From: Candidatus Phoenicimicrobium oleiphilum
GTDB taxonomy: Bacteria; Atribacterota; Phoenicimicrobiia; Phoenicimicrobiales; Phoenicimicrobiaceae
Reading direction: 5' to 3'
Assembly (NCBI GenBank): GCA_039638295.1
Contig: JBDIWJ010000019.1
Span: 1-27,345 of the forward strand
DNA length: 27,345 nucleotides
Under the pieces are notes generated by a model. The model saw only the letters and a list, made by a program, of their open reading frames with translations, was not told where the DNA came from and made no database searches. Positions 1 through 8,965 of this stretch are shown piece by piece. The position numbers and the translations under genes are program-made. How positions within the stretch are numbered: the first letter of the stretch is position 1; each line of letters opens with the position of its first letter.

Positions 1-67
1 GGTAACTTATACATACGAGATACAAATTTAGTTTTAATCTGCAAGTTTATTAGAAAGTAGTTATTCA

Positions 68-2344
68 ATGAAAATTAGAGAAAATATAATTATTAAAGGC
101 ATTGTCCAGGGAGTTGGATTTCGACCCTTTATTCATAAATTAATAAAAAACTATAATTTATCTGGTTGGGTTCTCAATTCAAACCAAGGGGTGGAGATAG
201 AAGTTGAAGGGGAAGAAGAAAAGTTAAATAGTTTTATTGACGATATTACCGAGAAACTTCCTCCATTAGCGAGAATTGAGGAGATAGAAGTAGTTAGGCT
301 TCCCTTAATAGGTTATAAAGGATTTTTTATTAAAAAGAGCAAAGCAAGAGAAGAAAACAGTCTTGTATTAATATCACCTGATATAAGCATATGCAAAGAT
401 TGTTTGCAAGAATTATTTGACCCTCAAAATAGACGTTTCCAGTATCCTTTTATAAATTGCACTAATTGTGGTCCTCGTTTTACCATTATCAAAGACATTC
501 CGTATGATAGAGAAAAGACTACAATGAGTGTATTTAAGATGTGCCCCCAATGTCAGAGTGAGTATGATAATCTGGAAAATAGAAGATACCATGCTCAACC
601 TAACGCTTGTGCTCACTGTGGTCCACAGGTATTTATCTATAATAAAGATAGAAAAAAAATAAAAAATGTTAATCCCATAGAACAAGCTGTCAAATTCTTG
701 CAAGAAGGGAAAATTGGTGCGATTAAAGGGCTAGGTGGTTTTCATCTAGCTTGTGATGCTACTAATGACCAGGCGGTCTTAAGATTACGAAATTTAAAAA
801 AAAGAGAAGCTAAACCTTTTGCCTTAATGTCTTTTAGTTTAGAAAAAATTGAGCAATATTGTGATATGGAAAAAGAGGAAAAAGAATTATTACAAGACAG
901 AGCACGACCAATAGTTTTACTAAGGAAGAAAAAAGACAGTTTAATCTCCTCATTTGTAGCTCCCAACAATAATTGTTTAGGGGTAATGTTGCCTTATACT
1001 CCCCTACATTATCTTTTATTAAAGGATAATTTTTTAGCCTTAGTTATGACCAGTGGGAATTTTAGTGAGGAACCCATAATTGGTGACAATCAAGAGGCTT
1101 TAGAAAGATTAGATAAGGTAGTTGATTTTTTTTTGTTATATAATAGAGAAATATTTAACCGTTGTGATGATTCAATAATAAAGATTACAAACCATAATAG
1201 TGTTTTTTTTCGAAGAGCTCGAGGATATGTTCCCGATCCTATAGCCCTTGATTTTAGGTTAAAAGAAGTCTTAGCTGTGGGAGGGGAATTAAAAAATACT
1301 ATTTGTTTCTCTAAAGGAAAGTATATTTTTCCAAGTCAATATCTGGGAGATTTAAAAAGTTGTGGAGCTTTAAACTTTTTTGAGGAAACAATAGAGAAAT
1401 TTGAAAAGATTTTTAGGATTAATCCCCAAATTATCGCCTGTGATTTACACCCTGACTATCTTTCTACAAAATATGCAGAAGAAATGGGAGTAAAGAGGGG
1501 AATAGAAGTAGTCAAAATCCAGCATCATTATGCCCATATAGTAAGTTGTATGGCCGAAAATAATGTTAGAGAAAGAGTGATTGGAGTAGCATATGATGGT
1601 ACCGGTTATGGAGATGATGGTAAGATTTGGGGAGGAGAATTTTTGTTGTGTGATTTAAAAAAATATTTTCGAATAGGTCATTTAAGATATGCTCCTTTGC
1701 CTGGAGGAGATAAAGCTATTGCAGAACCCTGGAGAGTTACCTATAGTTACTTATATTCTATTTATGGTAAAAAGGTAAAAGAACTTAAAATAGGTTTTAT
1801 TCAAAGGCAAAATCATAATAAATTATCAATTATGGAAAAAATGATTGAACAGAAAATAAATTCCCCCCTTACTTCAAGTTGTGGACGTTTATTTGATGCT
1901 GTGTCTGCCTTGATTGGCATAAGAGATGAGGTAAGTTACGAAGGGCAGGCAGCGATGGAGATGGAAGCAATTTGTATTTCTGGAATCGAAGAGGGTTATG
2001 GATTTGATATTTACAAAGAAAATAAAGAATTTATTGTCAATCCTGAAAATATCTTTAAAGAAATTATTAGTGACCTTAAAAATGGAGTAGGTAAAGGGGT
2101 AATTGCTACCAAATTTCATAATACCGTAGCTGATTTTACTGTGGATTTATGTGTTAAAATAAGAGAGATAACCAATCTTAACAAAGTTGCCTTAAGTGGA
2201 GGAGTATTTCAAAATCGTTATTTAACCGAAAGAATTATTTTTCTTTTGGAGAAAGAGGGTTTTCAAACATATATCCAGCGAAAAGTACCCCCTAACGATG
2301 GAGGGATATCTCTGGGACAGGCAGTAGTTGCGGGAAGCAAATAA
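68..2344 (+). CDS. hypF: Carbamoyltransferase HypF ([NiFe]-hydrogenase maturation)
   Basis: 758 aa ORF. N-terminal acylphosphatase motif GIVQGVGFRPF, zinc fingers (CKDC...CTNC, CPQC...CAHC), KGLGGFHL, QHHYAH, DGTGYG and C-terminal PPNDGGISLGQ. Confidence 0.98.
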   Translation: MKIRENIIIKGIVQGVGFRPFIHKLIKNYNLSGWVLNSNQGVEIEVEGEEEKLNSFIDDITEKLPPLARIEEIEVVRLPLIGYKGFFIKKSKAREENSLVLISPDISICKDCLQELFDPQNRRFQYPFINCTNCGPRFTIIKDIPYDREKTTMSVFKMCPQCQSEYDNLENRRYHAQPNACAHCGPQVFIYNKDRKKIKNVNPIEQAVKFLQEGKIGAIKGLGGFHLACDATNDQAVLRLRNLKKREAKPFALMSFSLEKIEQYCDMEKEEKELLQDRARPIVLLRKKKDSLISSFVAPNNNCLGVMLPYTPLHYLLLKDNFLALVMTSGNFSEEPIIGDNQEALERLDKVVDFFLLYNREIFNRCDDSIIKITNHNSVFFRRARGYVPDPIALDFRLKEVLAVGGELKNTICFSKGKYIFPSQYLGDLKSCGALNFFEETIEKFEKIFRINPQIIACDLHPDYLSTKYAEEMGVKRGIEVVKIQHHYAHIVSCMAENNVRERVIGVAYDGTGYGDDGKIWGGEFLLCDLKKYFRIGHLRYAPLPGGDKAIAEPWRVTYSYLYSIYGKKVKELKIGFIQRQNHNKLSIMEKMIEQKINSPLTSSCGRLFDAVSALIGIRDEVSYEGQAAMEMEAICISGIEEGYGFDIYKENKEFIVNPENIFKEIISDLKNGVGKGVIATKFHNTVADFTVDLCVKIREITNLNKVALSGGVFQNRYLTERIIFLLEKEGFQTYIQRKVPPNDGGISLGQAVVAGSK

Positions 2345-2345
2345 C

Positions 2346-2512
2346 GTATCGAGTACCCTGTATCGCGTAAAATACAATAATAAGTGATCTGTAATGAGTA
2401 ATTAATTATGGGTTACGAGATTATTTAGTTAACCTGTTTACCGGTTACCGTTAACCGGCAAACAGGCTAACTGGGTAACTAATGTAATTGGCTAATTGGC
2501 AAATTGGTTAAT
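2346..2512. repeat. Intergenic repeat mosaic (GTATCG 7-mers, GTAAT module, AACC/GGTT hairpin, AATTGG 8-mers)
   Basis: GTATCGA-GTACCCT-GTATCGC follows the hypF stop. Hairpin TAGTTAACCTGTTTACCGGTTA/TAACCGGCAAACAGGCTAACTG. AATTGG recurs at 8-nt spacing (2486, 2494, 2502). Confidence 0.85.
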
Positions 2513-2545
2513 TAATTTATAGATTACATTTATAGGAGAAAAAAA

Positions 2546-2761
2546 ATGTGTTTAGCTATACCGGGAAAGGTGAAAAAAATATTTAATGATAATACAGCAG
2601 AAATAGAAATTGGGGGTATTGTTAAAAGGGCGAGTTTAGATTTAATTCCTCAAGTTGTAGTTGGTGATTATGTGCTTTTGCATGCTGGTTTTGCTATTGA
2701 AGTTATTGACCAAGAAAAAGCTTTAGAGATATCTAAGGCCTGGGAGGGGAATATAGATTGA
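2546..2761 (+). CDS. hypC: Hydrogenase assembly chaperone HypC/HupF
   Basis: MCLAIPGK N-terminus, GDYVLLHAGFAI motif, AGGAG RBS. Confidence 0.97.
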   Translation: MCLAIPGKVKKIFNDNTAEIEIGGIVKRASLDLIPQVVVGDYVLLHAGFAIEVIDQEKALEISKAWEGNID

Positions 2762-3834
2762 AATACATTGATGAATATAAAAATAAAGAGATAGCCCAAA
2801 ATATCCTTTGGCAAATTAGAAGGATTTCTAAAAAAAAGATTAATCTGATGGAAGTTTGTGGAACCCACACTGTAGCTATATTTAGAAATGGAATAAGAAA
2901 AATGTTACCCCAAAATATTAATCTTATCTCAGGACCAGGTTGCCCAGTTTGTGTAACTCCTATTCAATATATCGATGAAATTATTGCTTTTTCTCGAAAG
3001 GATAACTTCATTATAACCACTTTTGGAGATATGATTAGAGTACCAGGTTCAACTTCTACTTTAGAGAAAGAAAAGGCCAATGGTTCTGATGTAAGAATTG
3101 TATATTCAACTTTAGACGCCTTGAAAATTGCCTATGATAATCCTGCTAAAAATATTGTCTTTATGGGAATAGGATTTGAAACTACTTCCCCCACCATAGC
3201 TCGGGCTATTTTAAAAGCAGAAGAGGAAAAAATTAAGAATTTTTCTGTTTTAAGTGTAGCTAAGATTATACCTCCCGCAATGAGATTCTTATTAGAAAGC
3301 GGAGAAGTAAATATTGATGGATTTATTTGTCCGGGACATGTAAGTGCTATTATTGGAAGCAAGCCTTATAGTTTAATCGCCTTCCAGTATGGTGTCCCCT
3401 GTGTTATTAGCGGATTTGAGCCTCTGGATATTTTGCAGAGTATCTATTTGCTGATTAGACAGATTGAAAATGGTAGGGCGGAGGTAGAAATACAATATGA
3501 GCGAGTAGTTAAACCTGAAGGGAATAAAATTGCTATGGATAAAATTAATGAGGTATTTAAGGTAGTCGATTCCGATTGGAGAGGAATAGGTAACATCCCT
3601 CTTAGCGGTTTGGAGATAAAAGATAAATATGGGAAATTCAATGCCAGAAAATTTGCGATAAAAAAAGAGGAAACTAAAGAACCAAAAGGTTGTCTTTGTG
3701 GAGAAGTACTGAGGGGAGTTATAACCCCACCTGAATGCCCTCTTTTCAAAAATATTTGTACTCCTGAAGATCCCAAAGGAGCGTGTATGGTTTCCACCGA
3801 AGGCACCTGTGCCGCCTATTATAAGTATAACTAG
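2758..3834 (+). CDS. hypD: Hydrogenase formation protein HypD
   Basis: MEVCGTHT, GPGCPVC, GFETT and PGHVS motifs, C-terminal CMVSTEGTCAAYY. The TTG start overlaps the hypC stop (TTGA). Confidence 0.98.
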   Translation: MKYIDEYKNKEIAQNILWQIRRISKKKINLMEVCGTHTVAIFRNGIRKMLPQNINLISGPGCPVCVTPIQYIDEIIAFSRKDNFIITTFGDMIRVPGSTSTLEKEKANGSDVRIVYSTLDALKIAYDNPAKNIVFMGIGFETTSPTIARAILKAEEEKIKNFSVLSVAKIIPPAMRFLLESGEVNIDGFICPGHVSAIIGSKPYSLIAFQYGVPCVISGFEPLDILQSIYLLIRQIENGRAEVEIQYERVVKPEGNKIAMDKINEVFKVVDSDWRGIGNIPLSGLEIKDKYGKFNARKFAIKKEETKEPKGCLCGEVLRGVITPPECPLFKNICTPEDPKGACMVSTEGTCAAYYKYN

Positions 3835-4027
3835 TCGTTAGTGAATAGGATATTTAGTTATCCAATTACCCGGTTAACCAGTTTGCCAGTTAAATTATTC
3901 GTTAATTTCAAATACGGGTTCTTAGTTATAAGATGAGAGTTGGTTGATACAGTTAACCAACCTGATTTTAATTCTTCAACCGGACACCGGTAAATTGGGT
4001 AACTGGCTAACCAAACATCAACGACTA
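3832..4027. repeat. Intergenic element with terminal inverted arms made of 7/8-mer repeats
   Basis: TAGTCGTT (3832-3839, includes the hypD stop) is complementary to AACGACTA (4020-4027). Inner arm 3853-3891 is imperfectly complementary to 3978-4015. Confidence 0.8.
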
Positions 4028-4047
4028 AATAAGAAAGGGAAAAGATA

Positions 4048-5058
4048 ATGAAGGAAGAAAAAATATTATTGAGTCATGGAAGTGGAGGAAAATTATCTTA
4101 TAATTTAATAAAGGAACTATTTTTAGCAAATTTTAATAATTCTTATTTAGAAAGACTTGATGACGGAGCAGTATTAAATATTGATGGGTTAAGGCTGGCT
4201 TATACTACTGATTCTTATACAGTAGACCCTTTGTTTTTTAATGGAGGAAATATCGGAGAGCTCGCAGTTTACGGTACTGTTAATGATTTAGCGATGTGTG
4301 GGGCAGAACCTTCATACTTAAGTTGTTCTTTTATTATTGAAGAGGGATTTCCTTTGAGTTTATTAGAAAAGATTATTTCAAGCATAAAGAAAGCGTCATT
4401 AGTTGCGCATGTTGATATAGTGACGGGAGATACTAAAGTAGTGAATAAAGGAGCAGCGGATAAAATATTTATTAATACTACCGGAATTGGGGTAGTAAAA
4501 GAAGGAATAAATATCTCTGGGAATAATGCCCAGGTAGGAGATTTAATTGTAATAAATGGACCTATAGGTAATCACGGGATTGCAGTTTTATCAGAAAGAG
4601 AAGGTTTAAAGTTTGAAACAGAGATAAAAAGTGATACCGCACCTCTTTCTTCTTTAGTAGCAGAAATGTTAGAAGTTAGTAAAGATATCCATGTCTTAAG
4701 AGATCCAACGCGAGGAGGCTTATCTACCACCTTAAATGAAATAGCCCTATCTTCAAAGGTAGATATAGAGATAAACGAAGGTGATATCCCTATTCAGGAA
4801 GAGGTAAGGGCTGCTTGCGAAATATTGGGTTATGACCCCTTGTGCCTTGCTAATGAAGGTAAATTGGTGGCTTTTATTCCTTCAAAAATTGCCCCCAATG
4901 TGCTAAAAAAGATGAAAGAAAACAAATACGGAAAAGAATCAAAAATTATCGGCAGAGTGGTAAAAAAATCGGAGGGAAAAGTTTATCTAAACACCACTAT
5001 TGGAGGGGAAAGAATAGTCGATATGTTAACTGGAGAACAATTGCCTCGGATATGTTAA
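4048..5058 (+). CDS. hypE: Hydrogenase maturation protein HypE (carbamoyl dehydratase)
   Basis: SHGSGG, GTVNDLAM, TGDTKVV and RDPTRGG motifs, invariant C-terminal PRIC. Confidence 0.98.
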   Translation: MKEEKILLSHGSGGKLSYNLIKELFLANFNNSYLERLDDGAVLNIDGLRLAYTTDSYTVDPLFFNGGNIGELAVYGTVNDLAMCGAEPSYLSCSFIIEEGFPLSLLEKIISSIKKASLVAHVDIVTGDTKVVNKGAADKIFINTTGIGVVKEGINISGNNAQVGDLIVINGPIGNHGIAVLSEREGLKFETEIKSDTAPLSSLVAEMLEVSKDIHVLRDPTRGGLSTTLNEIALSSKVDIEINEGDIPIQEEVRAACEILGYDPLCLANEGKLVAFIPSKIAPNVLKKMKENKYGKESKIIGRVVKKSEGKVYLNTTIGGERIVDMLTGEQLPRIC

Positions 5059-5060
5059 TC

Positions 5061-5370
5061 AATTTGCCGATTCACCAGTTACCCAATTTACCAATTAAAA
5101 CTCTAAAAATACAAGAGCAAAAGATAAGTATTTTTAATCAGATAAATTAATAAATTGATTAATGCGTTAAAAAATGATAATTTAAGAATAGAGATTTTTA
5201 AAATTCGTCGAATAATATATAGAAATACAGTAATTTGTAATTAGTTTATGTTTTTAAATCTGAAAAACAGGTCACTTTTCACCTATTACTCCCTACGTAG
5301 CACGTAACTTACCAAAAGACTGGCAAACTAATTTAATTGGAGAATTGGTAAATTGGTGGATTGGTAAATT
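5061..5370. repeat. Intergenic element with ~39-bp terminal inverted repeat (CCAATT/AATTGG 8-mer arms)
   Basis: 5061-5099 (AATTTGCCGATTCACCAGTTACCCAATTTACCAATTAAA) pairs with 5332-5370. By hand: 31 Watson-Crick pairs, 5 G-T and 3 mismatches. Confidence 0.85.
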
Positions 5371-5407
5371 AATTTATTTGTAAATTTAATTAAAGGGGGT
5401 TATAAAT

Positions 5408-5932
5408 ATGAAAACGAAAAAGGAAAGTGCTTATGTGAAACTAGCTCGAGAAACAATTGAAAATTATGTTAGGTTTGGGAAGATTATTTCTCCTCCCCAA
5501 GATTTACCCGATGAGATGATTAATAAAAAAGCAGGGGTATTTGTTTCTCTTAAAAAAAAGGGCAATTTAAGAGGTTGTATCGGAACTTTTATGCCTACTC
5601 AGAAAAATATAGCTTATGAAATTATAAGAAATGCCATTAGTGCTGCTGTTGATGACCCTCGTTTTCCTCCTGTCACAGTTTCTGAATTAAATGATTTAAC
5701 TATTTCTGTTGATGTCCTATCATCACCCGAGGAAGTTTCCGATATCTCAAAGCTTGATCCCAAAAAATATGGGGTAATAGTCAGCAGTGGTTATAAAAAA
5801 GGTTTGTTGTTGCCAGATTTAGAGGGAGTGGATACGGTAGAAGAACAGATTGATATTGCTAAACGTAAAGCAGGAATTTATCCTGATGAAAAAGTAAAAT
5901 TATATCGATTTGAAGTGAAAAGATTTTTTTGA
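5408..5932 (+). CDS. amrA: AmmeMemoRadiSam system protein A (AMMECR1 family)
   Basis: [24 protein letters not shown] and [10 protein letters not shown] motifs. Confidence 0.93.
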   Translation: MKTKKESAYVKLARETIENYVRFGKIISPPQDLPDEMINKKAGVFVSLKKKGNLRGCIGTFMPTQKNIAYEIIRNAISAAVDDPRFPPVTVSELNDLTISVDVLSSPEEVSDISKLDPKKYGVIVSSGYKKGLLLPDLEGVDTVEEQIDIAKRKAGIYPDEKVKLYRFEVKRFF

Positions 5933-5935
5933 TTA

Positions 5936-6127
5936 GTATCGAGTATCGCGTATCGAGTATCGCGTGAAGAGAGAACAAATTAGGAATCAGAAGCCAAAAT
6001 ATTATTACCATATATTCTATAGCGGGTTGGATTTATCCGACTCGGCTTTACTTATCACTGTATTTTAACCGGTAAACTGGCTAACTAATTTAATTGGTGA
6101 TTGGGGAATTGGTGAATTGGCAAATTG
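5936..6127. repeat. Intergenic repeat mosaic: (GTATCG[A/C])x4, REP-like palindrome, AATTGG 8-mers
   Basis: GTATCGA GTATCGC GTATCGA GTATCGC at 5936-5963. ATAGCGGGTTGGATTTATCCGACTC at 6019-6043. AATTGG tract at 6092-6127. Confidence 0.85.
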
Positions 6128-6146
6128 AAAAGAGGTGATTGATTAA

Positions 6147-7145
6147 ATGAAAGAAGCTCTATTCTATAAATTAGTTGATAAAGATAAAGGTATTATAAAA
6201 TGCTTGCTTTGTCCCAAAGGTTGCTTAATAAAAGAAGGTCAGGTTGGTTTTTGTCGGTCTCGGAAAAATATAAATAATAAATTATACTCTTTAATTTATA
6301 GTAAAGTTTCTTCGTGTGGATTTGATCCTATTGAAAAGAAACCTTTGTATCACTTTTACCCTGGAACTCCAGTTCTTTCTTTAGGAACAGTAGGGTGTAG
6401 TTTTTCCTGTTCCTTCTGTCAGAATTGGACCATTTCCCAGGGAAGTATAGAAAATGTTTCGGTAGAAGAACTATCTCCTGAAAGAGCAGTACAATTAGCT
6501 CTTGATAATAATTCTCCAGGAATTGCTTATACCTATTCTGAACCTCTAATCTGGTACGAATATGTTCTTGATACTGCAATAATAGCAAAAAAAAATAATT
6601 TAAAAAATATATTAGTTACCAATGGATTTATTAATCGAGAACCTCTTCTTAAACTTTTGCCTTTTATTGATGCTATGAATATTGACCTTAAATCTTTTCG
6701 AAATTCTTTTTATCAAAAGTATTGTAAAGGAAGCCTTTCTCCAGTATTGCAAACTATCGAGATTGCAAAATCTTATTCCCATATAGAGATTACTAATTTA
6801 CTTATTCCTGAATTAAATGATCGAGAGGAGGAGATTAAAGAATTAGTAAATTGGCTTGCATCCCAAGGGGAGAATATACCTTTGCACTTTTCCCGATACT
6901 TTCCTTGTTACAAGATGAACATCGAAGCAACACCAATTTCAACTCTATATAAGGCTCGAGATATTGCCCAAAAAAAATTAAAATATGTTTATATAGGTAA
7001 TATCTGGGATGAGGAAGCTAACACCACTTATTGTGGTAATTGTAAGAAAATTCTAATCAAGCGTACAGGATATAATATTATTAATTTAGGTTTAGACAAA
7101 ACCGGTAAATGTAAATATTGTGGCGAACAAGTAGCCCGTATTTAG
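6147..7145 (+). CDS. amrS: AmmeMemoRadiSam system radical SAM enzyme
   Basis: N-terminal CLLCPKGC...GFC, DPIEKKPLYHFYPG, radical SAM CxxxCxxC (CSFSCSFC), YTYSEP, PLHFSRYFP, C-terminal CxxC pairs. Adjacent to amrA. Confidence 0.93.
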   Translation: MKEALFYKLVDKDKGIIKCLLCPKGCLIKEGQVGFCRSRKNINNKLYSLIYSKVSSCGFDPIEKKPLYHFYPGTPVLSLGTVGCSFSCSFCQNWTISQGSIENVSVEELSPERAVQLALDNNSPGIAYTYSEPLIWYEYVLDTAIIAKKNNLKNILVTNGFINREPLLKLLPFIDAMNIDLKSFRNSFYQKYCKGSLSPVLQTIEIAKSYSHIEITNLLIPELNDREEEIKELVNWLASQGENIPLHFSRYFPCYKMNIEATPISTLYKARDIAQKKLKYVYIGNIWDEEANTTYCGNCKKILIKRTGYNIINLGLDKTGKCKYCGEQVARI

Positions 7146-7158
7146 ATGTTAGGAATTG

Positions 7159-7204
7159 GTTTTCAGTTTACAGTTGTCGGTTTTCAGTTATCAGTTTACA
7201 GTTT
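7159..7204. repeat. Tandem heptamer array (GTTTTCA-like) x6
   Basis: GTTTTCA GTTTACA GTTGTCG GTTTTCA GTTATCA GTTTACA read directly. Confidence 0.9.
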
Positions 7205-7235
7205 ATTATGTTTTATATTGCTTCACGAATATGGT

Positions 7236-7300
7236 GTAGGGGTCGGATTTATCCGACCCAAACCAACAATTTTTGCGGGCTTGATAAATCAAGCCCCTAC
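7236..7300. repeat. Inverted pair of GTAG-type REP-like palindromes (REPIN-like)
   Basis: GTAGGGGTCGGATTTATCCGACCC (7236-7259) and inverted GTAGGGGCTTGATTTATCAAGCCC (7300-7277). A GTAG foot plus palindrome is the hallmark of RAYT-associated REPs. Confidence 0.85.
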
Positions 7301-7324
7301 TTTAACAGGTGAGATGCCTGTCTT

Positions 7325-7435
7325 ACTAACAACTAACGACTATTCACTAACGACTATTCTAACTGGCTAACTGGGCAAATGGATAACTAATGTAATTGGT
7401 CAATTGGTAGATCGGCAAATTGGTGAATTGGTCAA
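7325..7435. repeat. ACTA(ACG/TTC) heptamers followed by AACTGG/AATTGG octamers
   Basis: ACTAACA ACTAACG ACTATTC ACTAACG ACTATTC (7325-7359), then an 8-nt periodic tract to 7435. Confidence 0.85.
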
Positions 7436-7443
7436 ACATTGAA

Positions 7444-8724
7444 TTAAACCAGGTATCTCCAATAGATATATATCGATGCGACGATAAGATTAAGAATAAC
7501 CAGGGGGAAAGCCACTTTAACAAAATACCAAAAAGGTATAGGCTGCTTGTTTTTATCAGCAATGTCGGCGACTATTAAGTTAGAAGCTGTACCTATTAAA
7601 GTACCATTAGCCCCAATATTTGCTCCTAAAACAAGTGCCCACCATAGCATATTAAGGTTGGGTCCAAGATGGTAGGATATATTTTTTAATATAGGAATGG
7701 CTAAGGCTATTATAGGAATGTTATCAAAGAAGGATGACATAAAGGTAGATAATCCCAGGATAGAGAAACCCAAAAAATTTAGATTTCCTCCCGAAAAAGA
7801 TAGGAGTTTGGAAGACACAATTTTAATTAAACCATTTTCTTCCAGTGTTCCGGCCAGGATATTTAAACCAATCAAAAAGAAAATTATCTTCCAATCAACT
7901 TGCGTATAAATTTTATCGGGATTATCGTGGCTGACAAATAATAAAATTATTGCTCCCAATAAATAGATTATTCCCAGGTTTAAATTGATTAAATGAGAAA
8001 AAAATGAGACTATAATAGTAATAGTCAATATCAATAAAGAATTTTTAAATAAAGGAAGGTTGGTAATAGCTTTTTTTTCATCAATTTTGTCAAAATGGGA
8101 AATAATTTCTTTGGGTATATTATTTTTTTTAAAAATTTCTTTAAAATAATTTTTAAGGTAAAATGCACTTATTATTATGAGTATTAGGGAAATAGGAGCC
8201 ATGTGATAAATAAAATCATAGAAATTAAGTTTTGCTGAAGAGCCTATCATTATATTAGCTGGAGTCCCGATATAAGTAGCCATACCACCAATGTTGGCAA
8301 AGATAATTTCAGAAATTAAAAAAGGTACGGAAGATATTTCTAATATATTAGTAATAGCCAGAGTAATATTAGCTAAAAAGAGCAGTAAAATAATTTCATC
8401 TAATATTGAGGAAAGAAAACCCGCTAATAAAGAGAGGGAGATTAAGAGAACTAAGGGGTTTCCTTTACTGTATTTGGTGGCTTTTATTGCTAAATATTGA
8501 AATATCCCGCTCTCTTTTGTTATTATAGTAAAAATCATCATTCCTATAATAATAGTTAATTTATTAAAATCTATATAAGTGATAGCCTGTTCAAATTGTA
8601 TTAACCCTAAGGCAATAGTCAGAATTGCTCCGAAGAAGGCAGCGGTTGTCCGAATTCTACGATTGGTAAATATTAAAAAGTAAGTTATAATTAGTATGAT
8701 TAAACTTAGGATTAATTTATTCAT
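7444..8724 (-). CDS. ArsB/NhaD/SLC13-family (ion transporter superfamily) permease
   Basis: 426 aa, highly hydrophobic. Duplicated motifs ANIGGMATYIGTPANIMIG and GANIGANGTLIGTASNLI, SSFFDNIP. AGGAG RBS on the minus strand. Confidence 0.85.
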   Translation of the reverse strand: MNKLILSLIILIITYFLIFTNRRIRTTAAFFGAILTIALGLIQFEQAITYIDFNKLTIIIGMMIFTIITKESGIFQYLAIKATKYSKGNPLVLLISLSLLAGFLSSILDEIILLLFLANITLAITNILEISSVPFLISEIIFANIGGMATYIGTPANIMIGSSAKLNFYDFIYHMAPISLILIIISAFYLKNYFKEIFKKNNIPKEIISHFDKIDEKKAITNLPLFKNSLLILTITIIVSFFSHLINLNLGIIYLLGAIILLFVSHDNPDKIYTQVDWKIIFFLIGLNILAGTLEENGLIKIVSSKLLSFSGGNLNFLGFSILGLSTFMSSFFDNIPIIALAIPILKNISYHLGPNLNMLWWALVLGANIGANGTLIGTASNLIVADIADKNKQPIPFWYFVKVAFPLVILNLIVASIYIYWRYLV

Positions 8725-8965
8725 TTTTGTCTCCTAAAATCCTTTTTATTAATACTATAATTTAAAGTACTAATACAAATAATAATATAAGAATAACAAG
8801 ATTTTCAAAATACATTTCTTTTTTAAAAAGAATTTTCTTTTATATTATTGAAATTTCTTTTAAATTGCGATATTAAAAGATACTATGCAAAAATTATAGC
8901 ATAAATATTTAAATTGTGAACTAGTAATTTGTTTTTAAATATAGGTTAAAAAGGAGAAATGGAAG

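Noticed and set aside
5146..5244. Fragment INKLINALKN... inside the hypE-amrA spacer, reminiscent of a four-helix-bundle protein C-terminus
   Set aside because: It is only about 30 codons of AT-rich sequence, preceded by a stop and without an RBS. The similarity is too weak to call a pseudogene without a profile search.
7118..7562. Short ORFs 7118-7312, 7146-7370 and 7359-7562
   Set aside because: They translate the heptamer, REP and octamer repeats, lack a convincing RBS and show no recognisable protein motif.
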